The notes under the pieces are model-generated. The model had not been told where the DNA came from. It made no database searches and worked only from the letters and a program-made list of their open reading frames with translations. Made by a program: the position numbers and the translations under genes. DNA of 64,000 nucleotides from an uncultured Clostridia bacterium (GTDB taxonomy: Bacteria; Bacillota; Clostridia; TANB77; CAG-508): NCBI GenBank assembly GCA_947581895.1, contig CANPWE010000003.1:3005-67004 (forward strand). The letters are read 5' to 3'. This document shows positions 10,149 through 19,337 of this stretch, in pieces; position 1 is the first letter of the stretch, and the number at the start of each line of letters is the position of its first letter.

Positions 10149-10354
10149 ATAATCGGTCTGCTCTATCCCATAAAATAAGTTTTACTTGTCTAACATACTA
10201 GACAAGCTCAGCTTGTCCGTATGGCAGGGGGATCCTGCACCCTCGCATAAAAAGGCTAGGCATTTTTATGCTTACTAAAATAACTAGCACGTTATTTTAG
10301 TAATTGAAATTGCTATTCTGCTACGCATAGCAATTTCATTTTGTAGCAAATTTG
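10149..10354. promoter_or_regulatory. candidate oriT / mobV promoter with multiple inverted repeats
   Basis: Inverted repeats: cttgtcta..tagacaag, ctaaaataac..gttattttag, gaaattgcta..tagcaatttc, gtagcaaatt..aatttgctac. Also a GC-rich patch, ggcagggggatcctgcaccctcgc. Confidence 0.4.
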
Positions 10355-11302
10355 TCAATTTGCTACGGCTTGTTCATACGAGAAATTTGCATAGAATTTA
10401 TCCCAATAATCACTTGGATAATTTCTTTGCACTCCATTCGTGTTTGAACAAGGGCTTTTCTTCTCTACGGCAATATGTGTATTCCCTAAATTATTATATA
10501 AGCAAATCATCAAATAATTTTTCATATTTTGCACATTACTTGTGCTTTTAGCTATGTTAAGTAACTGTACTAAATTTTCTTTAGTTATTAATTTTAATTT
10601 TTCTATTATTTTGTTGTTATTTATAATTACATTCCCAACTCTTAAATTTTCTTTATAAAATAATCCTTCAATAACATCATCTAATATAATTTTCTCATTT
10701 TCACAAAACTCTTCTAGTCTGCAATTACTTTTTATTTTATCAAGCTCTATCTCATCACTATTAGGATTGATAGACTCAGTCTTGATATTATTAGTATTGA
10801 TTATATTTGGATTGATTCCTCGTAAATTTTCCGATTCAAGAGTCGTATTTTCTCCGTCTCTAGAATCGTAAATTTTACGACTCTGGAATCGTACTTTTTC
10901 CGTTTCTTGAATTTCTTTTGATTTTATATTTTCCTCATTAGTTACAATTTCCTCATGTTCTATTTTTCCTACATATATTAAATTTGGCTTACCTAAACCT
11001 TGTCTCTTCTCTACAACAAGATTGACTTCTGCTAATTGCTTAAATGCTTTTGTAACTGTTTTATCAGATAAATTTAATTTGTTACAAACTTCATCTCTAG
11101 TAAATATTAAATATATGTTTCCTTCTTTATCTATCCAATGATTCTTTTGTGATAGTGTTAATCTGTCTAGTAAAAATGAATATAGTATTTTACTATCAGA
11201 ATTTAATTTATCTTTATATTTCGGATTTATAAATAATTCCTGTGGTATTTGATAATAAGAATGTTCAAAACATTCATTATATTTATATGGTGTAAATTCC
11301 AT
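10355..11302 (-). CDS. RepA_N-family replication initiator (copy B)
   Basis: YYQIPQELF...KDKLNSDSKILYSFLLDRLTLSQKNHWIDKEGNIYLIFTRDE...RQGLGKPNLIYVG matches the RepA_N consensus. ggagaac RBS. Confidence 0.8.
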   Translation of the reverse strand: MEFTPYKYNECFEHSYYQIPQELFINPKYKDKLNSDSKILYSFLLDRLTLSQKNHWIDKEGNIYLIFTRDEVCNKLNLSDKTVTKAFKQLAEVNLVVEKRQGLGKPNLIYVGKIEHEEIVTNEENIKSKEIQETEKVRFQSRKIYDSRDGENTTLESENLRGINPNIINTNNIKTESINPNSDEIELDKIKSNCRLEEFCENEKIILDDVIEGLFYKENLRVGNVIINNNKIIEKLKLITKENLVQLLNIAKSTSNVQNMKNYLMICLYNNLGNTHIAVEKKSPCSNTNGVQRNYPSDYWDKFYANFSYEQAVAN

Positions 11303-11384
11303 AAATAAGTTCTCCTTTCTTGTTATTCGAAGAACTTTGAAATTGTTGATATACCTGATATTTTTGGTTCAGTAAATTTCCGTC

Positions 11385-11460
11385 TTTTGAGCATTGTTGA
11401 AAACTTTTTTCTTCAACAAAATTTTTTGTTGAAATGCTTTGTTGAAGAAATTGAACGTAT
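11385..11460. repeat. iteron-like repeats (ttgttgaa family) upstream of repA_N copy B
   Basis: cattgttgaaaac, ttttttgttgaaatgc, ctttgttgaagaaatt and the inverted ttcttcaacaaaa. The same ttgttgaa motif occurs twice at 1205..1235, at the other end of the element. Confidence 0.5.
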
Positions 11461-11584
11461 TTTTCAGAATTTTACTGAACGCAAAAAAATTATGCTATTT
11501 CTCATTTATATTGAAAAATAGCATAATTCATAACTTTTGAATTTTCTCAAATTCTCTTTAATTCCCTCAAAAAAGGGCTAAATA

Positions 11585-11661
11585 TGGTCGAGGCGACAGG
11601 GATCGAACCTGCGACCTCATGGTCCCAAACCACGCGCGCTACCAACTGCGCTACGCCTCGA
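11585..11661 (-). tRNA. tRNA-Pro (anticodon UGG)
   Basis: The reverse complement folds as a cloverleaf: acceptor TCGAGGC/GCCTCGA, D-arm GCGCAGTTGGTAGCGC, anticodon loop TTTGGGA, T-arm GCAGGTTCGATCCCTGT, encoded CCA. A TTGAAA-17-TATATT promoter lies at 11663-11720 on the minus strand. Confidence 0.85.
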
Positions 11662-11755
11662 TTTCTTTATTTTTTCAAATACTAATATAATATAACATAA
11701 TGCCACACATTTTTCAAGAGTTTTTTAAAAATTTTTAAAAAAAATCATTTACCTC

Positions 11756-11784
11756 TTGAAATACTCTAAAAAAAAAGTTATAAT
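11756..11784 (+). promoter_or_regulatory. sigma-70-like promoter (TTGAAA-17 nt-TATAAT) reading into the tRNA-Arg region
   Basis: ttgaaa at 11756-11761 and tataat at 11779-11784, with a 17-nt spacer. Confidence 0.6.
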
Positions 11785-11797
11785 ACTATATAGTTCT

Positions 11798-11836
11798 GCA
11801 ACTGTAGCTTAGCTGGATAGAGCGTTCGGCTACGAA
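11798..11836 (+). pseudogene. 5' half of a disrupted tRNA-Arg-like gene (acceptor, D-arm and anticodon loop only)
   Basis: gcaactgtagcttagctggatagagcgttcggctacgaa matches the intact tRNA-Arg at 11931 through the anticodon loop, then diverges (gcgtaacttcag...). No foldable 3' half follows. Confidence 0.6.
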
Positions 11837-11930
11837 GCGTAACTTCAGTTTTGTGCAAACCTGTATATATCAAAGAACCTAGGAGATTTTATATAAAATA
11901 TTTCCCCTAAATTCCCCTTAATTTATACAT

Positions 11931-12007
11931 GCAGCAGTAGCTTAGCTGGATAGAGCACTCGGCTACGAACCGAGAGGTCGGGGATTCGAATTCCTCCTGC
12001 TGCACCA
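11931..12007 (+). tRNA. tRNA-Arg (anticodon ACG)
   Basis: Acceptor GCAGCAG/CTGCTGC, D-arm AGCTTAGCTGGATAGAGC, anticodon stem CTCGG/CCGAG with loop CTACGAA (ACG), T-loop TTCGAAT, encoded CCA. A hairpin plus T8 terminator follows at 12010-12040. Confidence 0.85.
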
Positions 12008-12009
12008 TA

Positions 12010-12040
12010 CTCTCAAGCTAATTTGAGAGTTTTTTTTATA
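12010..12040 (+). terminator. rho-independent terminator after tRNA-Arg
   Basis: ctctcaagctaatttgagag followed by tttttttt. Confidence 0.7.
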
Positions 12041-12158
12041 CATATATTATTTTCCCCTTATTTTATAATTTTTCCCCTGAAATATAAAAAATAATTCAAC
12101 TAACTTTTTATATGAGTTCTAATGTCGAACTTTTGAATCTGTCTAAACATCCAGTCAA

Positions 12159-14156
12159 TTATTCTTCTATTTCCTCTTGCATCATCATTTTATAATGATT
12201 AAGATGTCCTAACTCTTCAAATATTTTTCGGAATATTCTAAATGCATTTTGATTTAGATTAACATCAGGAGCCATATATAATCCATCCCATAATATTTCA
12301 TATGAATTTTTTATTGGATTGTTATTTTTATAATCTTCTATTTTGGAAACACCATTAATTTTTTGTACTGTTAAAAATTTGAATTTTTCTTTTGTCTTAT
12401 TTTTTCCTTCTTTTCCATAAAGAAAAGAAACTTCTTTAAAAAAATAAATATTATGACTAAATATAAAAATTTGATTTATATTTCTTTTTTCATCTATACA
12501 TAAGTCAATTAAATTTCTAATTAATGTACTAATAATAAATAATACATTACTATCCATACTTGTAACGGGATCATCAATTACTAATATATGTTCTTCTTGG
12601 AGTCCTTTTCTCGTCCTACTTCCAAATACTAAATTGTAGAAATATAAAAATGAAATGAAGCTAAATTCTCCTTCACTTAATGTCTTTGTTGCATCTTCTC
12701 CATTTGGTCTAATAATTGAATAAGTTAGATTGTCTTCATTTTCTTTTAATTTGAAATTGTTAAAATTAAATTTTTTGAGTAAATCATTTATTTGATTAAT
12801 AGTCCTCGTTATGCCACTAATAGAATTTTCTAACTTTTCTAATTCTATTGACTTATCTTTTAAATATATACTTAAATTGTTCAACTCTGTTTCTATGTTT
12901 TGTATTGCATCTGTTCGCTTTTTTAGTTCTGCATTATATTGTTTAATATCATCATTACTTATTGTTCTTATGAAAATCCATGCTTTCTTTTTTAATTCTC
13001 CTTTGCTTTCTTCAATATTTTTAATTTTCAAATTATTAGATTCTATTTTTCTATTATAGATATCCAGTATTTCGTTGATTTTTTCTAATAATATTAGATT
13101 TTTATTAATTTTGCATATATATTTAGGATTATCTATTTTCTTATTAATTTCTTTCTTTATAGAATCTACATATTCATTTATATCAATAATAAGCTGAGGG
13201 TCATTAAAAATTTTATTATTTTCTTTAAGTAATATGTTAATTTGGTTGCATATACTTTCAAAGTTTATTTTCACTGCATCAAGATCATTTTTTTGTTCCT
13301 TATATTTTTCGTCATATAACAAATTTATATTGAATAGGAAATCTTTTTGCAAATCTCTTTGACAAAATGGACATTTATTATTTGACTTTTCCAAATATCT
13401 TATTCCTTCTTCAACCCATTTGCTATTATTTAAATCTTCTATAAGCTGTGATAGTGTAATATCTTTATTTTCAATAATTGCTGTTTCTAAAATATTAGAT
13501 TCGATAATTTCCTTAAATTGATTTATATCTATTTTTTCTATTAATTCTTGTTCTTTTAACTCATTTTCGTATAAAGTTTTATATTCTTCTAATAAATCGT
13601 CGTATAAAATTTTATCATTTGTTTCTTCTATACATAAACATTTGTTAAAAAAATTTTCTTTCTTGCCCATATTTCCTCTATAAATTTCAGAAATTTTATC
13701 ACAATAATCTTTTTTATATTTGTTCCAAAATAAATCTTCAATACTTTCTTTATATTTTTTTATATCATCTTTCATTTGTTTTAATTGTTCTTTTTTTATT
13801 TTCTTAGTATCTAAAATATCTTTTCTTTCGATATTAAGCTTTTCAATCTCTTTATAAATCTCTTCAGACTCTTCACCTAATGTATAAATACCTCTTAACT
13901 TAGTTTCAGGATTAAAATTACTTTTTACAAAGTCTTGATTATATACTAATCTACTACACTCAATATTGTTATCCCATAGCAACTGTGAATCCTCATATTT
14001 ACTTGGATTTTCAATAACTCTAGTAATTGTAGTTTTACCTGCTCCATTATTTCCATAAATGAAGTTTATTTTAGATGGTTTTATTGTCGTTTCTGTATTT
14101 TTATCATATGTAGCTATATTTTTTAGTATAATATTATTTATCATTTTTTCCTCCAA
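12159..14156 (-). CDS. AAA_13/SMC-like ABC ATPase with central coiled coil and CxxC zinc hook (defense-island type)
   Basis: Walker A FIYGNNGAGKTT near the N-terminus. Long K/E-rich coiled coil containing CPFCQR. C-terminal signature/Walker B LSEGEFSFISFLYF...ILVIDDPVTSMD and H-loop FIFSHN. Confidence 0.7.
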   Translation of the reverse strand: MEEKMINNIILKNIATYDKNTETTIKPSKINFIYGNNGAGKTTITRVIENPSKYEDSQLLWDNNIECSRLVYNQDFVKSNFNPETKLRGIYTLGEESEEIYKEIEKLNIERKDILDTKKIKKEQLKQMKDDIKKYKESIEDLFWNKYKKDYCDKISEIYRGNMGKKENFFNKCLCIEETNDKILYDDLLEEYKTLYENELKEQELIEKIDINQFKEIIESNILETAIIENKDITLSQLIEDLNNSKWVEEGIRYLEKSNNKCPFCQRDLQKDFLFNINLLYDEKYKEQKNDLDAVKINFESICNQINILLKENNKIFNDPQLIIDINEYVDSIKKEINKKIDNPKYICKINKNLILLEKINEILDIYNRKIESNNLKIKNIEESKGELKKKAWIFIRTISNDDIKQYNAELKKRTDAIQNIETELNNLSIYLKDKSIELEKLENSISGITRTINQINDLLKKFNFNNFKLKENEDNLTYSIIRPNGEDATKTLSEGEFSFISFLYFYNLVFGSRTRKGLQEEHILVIDDPVTSMDSNVLFIISTLIRNLIDLCIDEKRNINQIFIFSHNIYFFKEVSFLYGKEGKNKTKEKFKFLTVQKINGVSKIEDYKNNNPIKNSYEILWDGLYMAPDVNLNQNAFRIFRKIFEELGHLNHYKMMMQEEIEE

Positions 14157-14212
14157 TTATTTGTTTATTTTATACTATTTTTGTAAATTCTTTATATTAT
14201 AACTATCATATT

Positions 14213-15031
14213 CTATGTCAATTTTTCTTTTATTATATGTATTAAATCTTCATATTTTATATTCTTTGAGTATGAATGCTTATTAGCATAATTTTTCCAA
14301 AGACCTTTTAGGAAATCACTTTCTTCTATTTCTTTCAATTTCTGTTTTGTAATATTTAAATCTGTATTTCTATTTAAAAATGTTTTTTCGATTGCTTCTT
14401 TCAAAATATTACTGCTATAGGAGTTATTTACTAAAAGATAATATAAATCATAGTAATCTTTCATTCTGCTATTTAATATTCCTTTTTCAATAACAGTTTG
14501 ATATTTTTCAGCAATTATACTTTCTATAGGATACGTCATAAGTTGTAATGTTCTATCTTCAAAAAGCATTTTATAGTTGTATTCTATTTCTTTAGGAGTA
14601 ATAACATCTCCAGTTGCTATATCAATACTTAAATTTACTTTTAATCCATCTAAAATAGCAATAAGATTGTATTTTAATCCGCCATATGTATCCTCTTCTC
14701 TTATTGGTTTAAAATTTTTTATATTGAAAGTTACATTGTCTTGTATATCAATTGATAATATTTCTGTTAATACTGTATATAATTCCTCATCTGTTAAATT
14801 AATTCCTTTTATGCATGCATCCATATCCATAGTAGTTCTAGAGTCGATTCCCATAATTGATGACAACAATAAGCCGCCTTTTAAAATAAAATTATTTTTA
14901 TATTTAGATATACTTAATCTTTCTAGAATTCTTTCGAACATATAATTTTGCAAAACTTCATTAACTGTAATATTGCTTCTATTAGCAATGTTTTTTGCCT
15001 TGTCCATTAAACTTTTAGAATTTTTTATCAT
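14213..15031 (-). CDS. abiEii: AbiEii/AbiGii-family nucleotidyltransferase toxin
   Basis: N-terminal ...ERILERLSISKYKNNFILKGGLLLSSIMGIDSRTTMDMD, typical of DUF1814/AbiEii. 4-nt overlap with the upstream AbiEi-like gene. Confidence 0.75.
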   Translation of the reverse strand: MIKNSKSLMDKAKNIANRSNITVNEVLQNYMFERILERLSISKYKNNFILKGGLLLSSIMGIDSRTTMDMDACIKGINLTDEELYTVLTEILSIDIQDNVTFNIKNFKPIREEDTYGGLKYNLIAILDGLKVNLSIDIATGDVITPKEIEYNYKMLFEDRTLQLMTYPIESIIAEKYQTVIEKGILNSRMKDYYDLYYLLVNNSYSSNILKEAIEKTFLNRNTDLNITKQKLKEIEESDFLKGLWKNYANKHSYSKNIKYEDLIHIIKEKLT

Positions 15032-15612
15032 ATTATAGCCTCCATATAATTTTTTACATTATCATATACTTTCAGCTTTTTTGCATATTGAAACATATTA
15101 TTTACATTGAAATCCTTATCTTTAATACATTTTCTTATAATTTTATTAGCTAGTTCAATCTCCATTGAGTTTCTGTTTGAAATGATGTCTACTAGAGTTT
15201 TTTCAATATTATATGAATATACTTCTTTACCTGTATTTGTTAAAATTTTTATTTTTCCTATATTTATCATTTCTTTATTAACTCTATGAATATTGGCGAT
15301 ATTTTTACAATATCCTAAACTATTATTTCTTGTAGTAGTAATATCAATTTTTTCTGGTGTTCTTTCTGTTTTATTAAGAAGATATAATGCTGTATTAAAA
15401 GAAAAAACTGTATTAGGATGTTTGATTTGAAAAATAAATAATTCATCATATATAAACTTATTTGTAGCATATATTCCATAATCTATTCTTTCAATTGCTT
15501 TATCTTTCACCATTTTAGATAGAATTGTTCTAGAAATTCCTTTTTTATTTGCATCCTTTGAAGTTATAATACTTCCATTAGCATTTATTATTTCAATATA
15601 TTTGTCATACAT
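15028..15612 (-). CDS. abiEi: AbiEi-family antitoxin/transcriptional regulator
   Basis: 194 aa, the expected size and position (upstream, overlapping) for the AbiEi partner. HTH-like N-terminus. ggggga RBS. Confidence 0.65.
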   Translation of the reverse strand: MYDKYIEIINANGSIITSKDANKKGISRTILSKMVKDKAIERIDYGIYATNKFIYDELFIFQIKHPNTVFSFNTALYLLNKTERTPEKIDITTTRNNSLGYCKNIANIHRVNKEMINIGKIKILTNTGKEVYSYNIEKTLVDIISNRNSMEIELANKIIRKCIKDKDFNVNNMFQYAKKLKVYDNVKNYMEAII

Positions 15613-15903
15613 AACTCTTCCCCCATTACACTTTTAACACATTTTATCATTTTGTGTTAAAAGTGTAAACATGTTTTGCAAAATTTCTCTTTTTTATTAT
15701 TGAAAATATTAAATTTTTTATACACCAATTTAAATCTTTATTATATTTTATTAAACTGTTTGATATCAATATATTAGCAAATTTTTATTTATAAATCAAT
15801 AATAAAATCTTTTAAAAAATATAAGAAATAAATATAGATTAGTCTATATTTATTTCTACAAAAAATTAAGCCTATTCCCTATAAAGAGAATAGACTATAA
15901 AAT

Positions 15904-16978
15904 TTACGATGCTTTCTTTAATGTATAAGTAACATCAAAGTTTTTATCAAAAAAATCTTTATAACTTTTAACATACTTCGTATCTATATTATAACCTAAA
16001 GGTAGTAAATCCCTTATTATACGCCTTATAATATAGTCAAGATTCTGATTAGATTGTGGTAATCTAATTACAAATATAATATTCTTAATCGGTTTTTCCT
16101 CTATTTCTTTTAGTATCATATATGAATTAGATATGTTTTGAAAAGCTATAACTGGTACATTAATTGTCTCTTTCATCAAATTAGCGACTAAAAAATTATC
16201 TGTAATATACACAGTATCTGTATTTTCATTGATACCATGTCTCATAATCCAACTTTTAGCAGGTGTTCCATTTATCTTATTATTACTTGAAAACCATAAA
16301 TCACTTGTATTGTTAAAAGGTTTACTTAGATGAACTGATAGACCTTGAATATAGCCATTTTTATCAAATACTGGTACAAAGAATCCATCATAACTATTTA
16401 AGCACCACTTAAAATCTTCCTCTTGATAAAATCCAGGTATTCCGTGCAAGATTACATTTTTTAGCCATAGCATAACCTATCAACCTTCTCTTAATATAGT
16501 TTTTAGGTGCTGTTCTATATAAACCATCTTCTATTGAGCTTTCAAGAAATCCTATACTTTCTAAATATTTTTTATGTTGTTGTTCTAACTTTAGCATTCC
16601 TAAAAATTCTCTATATACTCTATCTCTAATTTCAACATCAACAAGTTCATTTACTGGTGATATTACAAACTTTTCTCTATCCATAGAATAACATTGTCTT
16701 TCTAAAAGTTCCTTAAAAGCTGCTTTATTGTCAATATGTCTAACTTTTGCATATAAGCCAATAGAATAACCACCATTTCCACAACTTGTACAACAATATT
16801 TATTTGTACGAGAGTTTAAGCTTAGTGTTGGTATTTTACTTAATTTCTGATAGCCACAAAACGGACATATTGCTTTACTTTCATAACCTCTTTCTTCTCT
16901 TATATCTAAACATAAATGATATGCAACATTTAATATGTTTAAATGTTTTTCAGTTTCCTGATAATCTAGTTTATACAT
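15904..16978 (-). pseudogene. DNA primase (CHC2 zinc finger + Toprim-like C-terminus) interrupted by a frameshift at an A6 run (~16455-16460)
   Basis: ORF 16409..16978 carries CPFCGYQ...CCTSCGNGGYSIGLY (CHC2 primase zinc finger). ORF 15904..16473 continues in the +1 frame across ggctaaaaaatg. The two halves overlap by 65 nt. Confidence 0.6.
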
Positions 16979-17012
16979 ATTTACTTTTCTTCCTTTGTTT
17001 TTTTACTTTTAT

Positions 17013-17864
17013 CTATGCTGCAATTTCTACTTCTTGCATTTCAAAGTTATCTAATTTTTCTATAAACTCATTTGCACATTTTTGTATTTTACTACCTAAT
17101 TCTATTACTGTTTTAGGCTCTCCTTCAGCCCATTGTGCTATGTAGTTAAAACTACAACTAGATGTATCTAATCCAAAATGGTCTGCTACTATGTATGCAA
17201 CTGATTCAACAAATACTTCAGATAAATCTCTATCTTTTTTGTAATCGAAATCATCATAAAGGCTATGTGTAATTTCATGTAGTAAAGTTGCTGTTTTATC
17301 ATCTATTGACATTGATTTTTTTATTGCAATTTCATTATGCTTTTCACTATAATACCCTTTCGTTCCTCCAAACAAATCTACTTCTCTAACAGGTACTTTA
17401 CTAAAAGCTTTTAATTTTTCATAGAAGTCCCCCATTTCATCTGTTTTTAAATCATGTGTTTCAAGTGGAATTTCTTTACCTGTAGTTTGTGATACATCAT
17501 AAACATATACATATCTATATACACAATAATCAACAGAAATTTCTTTTTTTACCTCTTCACCATCTTCCATAACTTTTTGTATTTTTGTCATTTTTCTTGG
17601 TATTGGTGCAATAATTGCAATACTGTGAGCTCCTTTTTCCACAACTCGTCCCATATCAAACCATTTTTTTCTACCTGCAACTTGTGTAGCATCTGGAAAT
17701 TGAGAAAAAATTAAAACTATGTTATTAAAGCTATATTTGTTATGTAGCTTCTTTTGGAATTTTAAAAACTTCTCATATTCTCCTCTTTCAACTATTTCTT
17801 GTAAGTTTTTCACAACTCTTTCATATACTTCCTTTGTTTTATTTACTCTTGAATTACTTTCCAT
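17013..17864 (-). CDS. ardC: ArdC-like antirestriction protein (ssDNA-binding N-domain + HExxH metalloprotease-like C-domain)
   Basis: N-terminal ...NNIVLIFSQFPDATQVAGRKKWFDMGRVVEKGAHSIAIIAP (ArdC_N/DUF1738 pattern). C-terminal LLHEITHSLYDD. Confidence 0.7.
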   Translation of the reverse strand: MESNSRVNKTKEVYERVVKNLQEIVERGEYEKFLKFQKKLHNKYSFNNIVLIFSQFPDATQVAGRKKWFDMGRVVEKGAHSIAIIAPIPRKMTKIQKVMEDGEEVKKEISVDYCVYRYVYVYDVSQTTGKEIPLETHDLKTDEMGDFYEKLKAFSKVPVREVDLFGGTKGYYSEKHNEIAIKKSMSIDDKTATLLHEITHSLYDDFDYKKDRDLSEVFVESVAYIVADHFGLDTSSCSFNYIAQWAEGEPKTVIELGSKIQKCANEFIEKLDNFEMQEVEIAA

Positions 17865-17867
17865 AAT

Positions 17868-19337
17868 TTACGCAGCTCCTTTCAATACTTTTTGTTCCCA
17901 ATTCGTTAAAAACTTTAATTGTTCCTCATTCGGATCTCGATTACATTTTATTCTGCTTTGAACTACTCTATTGTTCTTTACCTCTACTGTTACCAACGAT
18001 TTTTTAGGTTTATCAATAGTTCTCATAAAATATATATCACACTTACCTTTTGCATACCTTTCAGCATAAGTTCTTACACAATTATTTTGTTGTTTGCTTT
18101 CATTTTGCAAAGCTTTTAAAGAACATGCAGGCATAATAACAAACATTTTGTCCTGATACTTATAATTAGATAACTCTTTGCCTCTTTTCTTAATACCATC
18201 TTGTATAATTTTCTCACTTTGTATCTCATATTGAGCTTCTAATTTATCATGTTCCTCTCGTAAGTTTTTAGGAAATGCATATCTATTATTTTTTAAATCC
18301 AAACCAAGAGCTTTTGCAAATCCTAAATAATCTCTATACATATATTTATCTACTCTTCCATGATGCATTTTGGCATATTTATAAAAACGATTTAATCCAA
18401 TATATCCTGCAATTTCTTCTAAAATACCAGTATCTTCACCATATCCAACAAACTTTTGTAAATATTTTATTTTAGACATATTTTTTTCTTGTAAAAGTCT
18501 TAATATCTTTAGTTGTACGTATGTTATATTATGATTTTTCATAAAAGGATAAAAATCTTTTGAAACTCCAAATATATCTTTGAAAGAACCTTTATTTCTG
18601 AATTCCTTTTCTCTTAATGCCAAGTTGTATAACTTCATTTTAGCAAGAAGTTCAATTCGATTAATTTGATAATCTGATTTATTACCTATTAAATCAGACA
18701 AATCTATATATGAGCAATGTTTTGTTATATCCCATAAACATGAATATTTATATTGTGTATTCTTTAATACTTGTTTTAAATTATTTGGAAACACAATTGA
18801 GTAATCAATTAAAGAATAATTTCTCATATATTGCCTCCATTTCTTATCATTAATATACCAACCATTTCCATGATAAATATAAATATGACGTTGAGTTCTT
18901 GAAACTCTACCATTTACATACACATTTTGATAATAGCTGTTTCTTGTTGGAATTTCTCTACCAAATTCTGCTACTGAATAACTATGTTTATGTGTTGGAC
19001 CAATAGTAGATTTTAATTCAAAATATCTAATAACAAATGTATCATTTATATAATCTAAAATTGATAAATAATCCTTAAATTCATACCATCTTAAATTACT
19101 TCTTTTTACTAAATACTTATTATGGCAATTCGGACATTTTGCTTCTTCTCCTACTTTTTTCTTGCTAATAAAATCGTGATTACAGTTAGTACAATGACAT
19201 TTATTCTTACTTGATCTAATTATTAAATTTTGATATTCTGCTTGTTTTTCCACAAATTTATCCCAGCCCTTTGGCATACTATCATTTGAATCTAGTTCTT
19301 CAAATATTTTTCTATAAGCTACTCTTACATATCCCAT
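17868..19337 (-). CDS. PcfJ-like protein (conjugative-element associated)
   Basis: The C-terminal block QNNCVRTYAERYAKGKCDIYFMR...LVTVEV matches the PcfJ domain. N-terminal Cys pairs CHCTNCNH...CPNC. Confidence 0.65.
   Translation of the reverse strand: MGYVRVAYRKIFEELDSNDSMPKGWDKFVEKQAEYQNLIIRSSKNKCHCTNCNHDFISKKKVGEEAKCPNCHNKYLVKRSNLRWYEFKDYLSILDYINDTFVIRYFELKSTIGPTHKHSYSVAEFGREIPTRNSYYQNVYVNGRVSRTQRHIYIYHGNGWYINDKKWRQYMRNYSLIDYSIVFPNNLKQVLKNTQYKYSCLWDITKHCSYIDLSDLIGNKSDYQINRIELLAKMKLYNLALREKEFRNKGSFKDIFGVSKDFYPFMKNHNITYVQLKILRLLQEKNMSKIKYLQKFVGYGEDTGILEEIAGYIGLNRFYKYAKMHHGRVDKYMYRDYLGFAKALGLDLKNNRYAFPKNLREEHDKLEAQYEIQSEKIIQDGIKKRGKELSNYKYQDKMFVIMPACSLKALQNESKQQNNCVRTYAERYAKGKCDIYFMRTIDKPKKSLVTVEVKNNRVVQSRIKCNRDPNEEQLKFLTNWEQKVLKGAA

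Larger units (their letters stand above)
1152..11583. mobile_element. integrative mobilizable element (int-xis-cargo-mobV-repA_N) integrated at the tRNA-Pro 3' end, second of a tandem pair
   Basis: Bounded by the 13-bp att repeat copies. Gene content: tyrosine integrase, Xis, MobV relaxase, RepA_N. A homologous right-end module (repA_N + iterons + att) is duplicated at 1..1151. Confidence 0.6.

Noticed and set aside
15904-16978. Two separate genes (CHC2 protein and Toprim protein)
   Set aside because: The halves overlap by 65 nt in adjacent frames across an A6 run and together reconstitute a normal primase architecture. A frameshift (real or sequencing) is the simpler reading.
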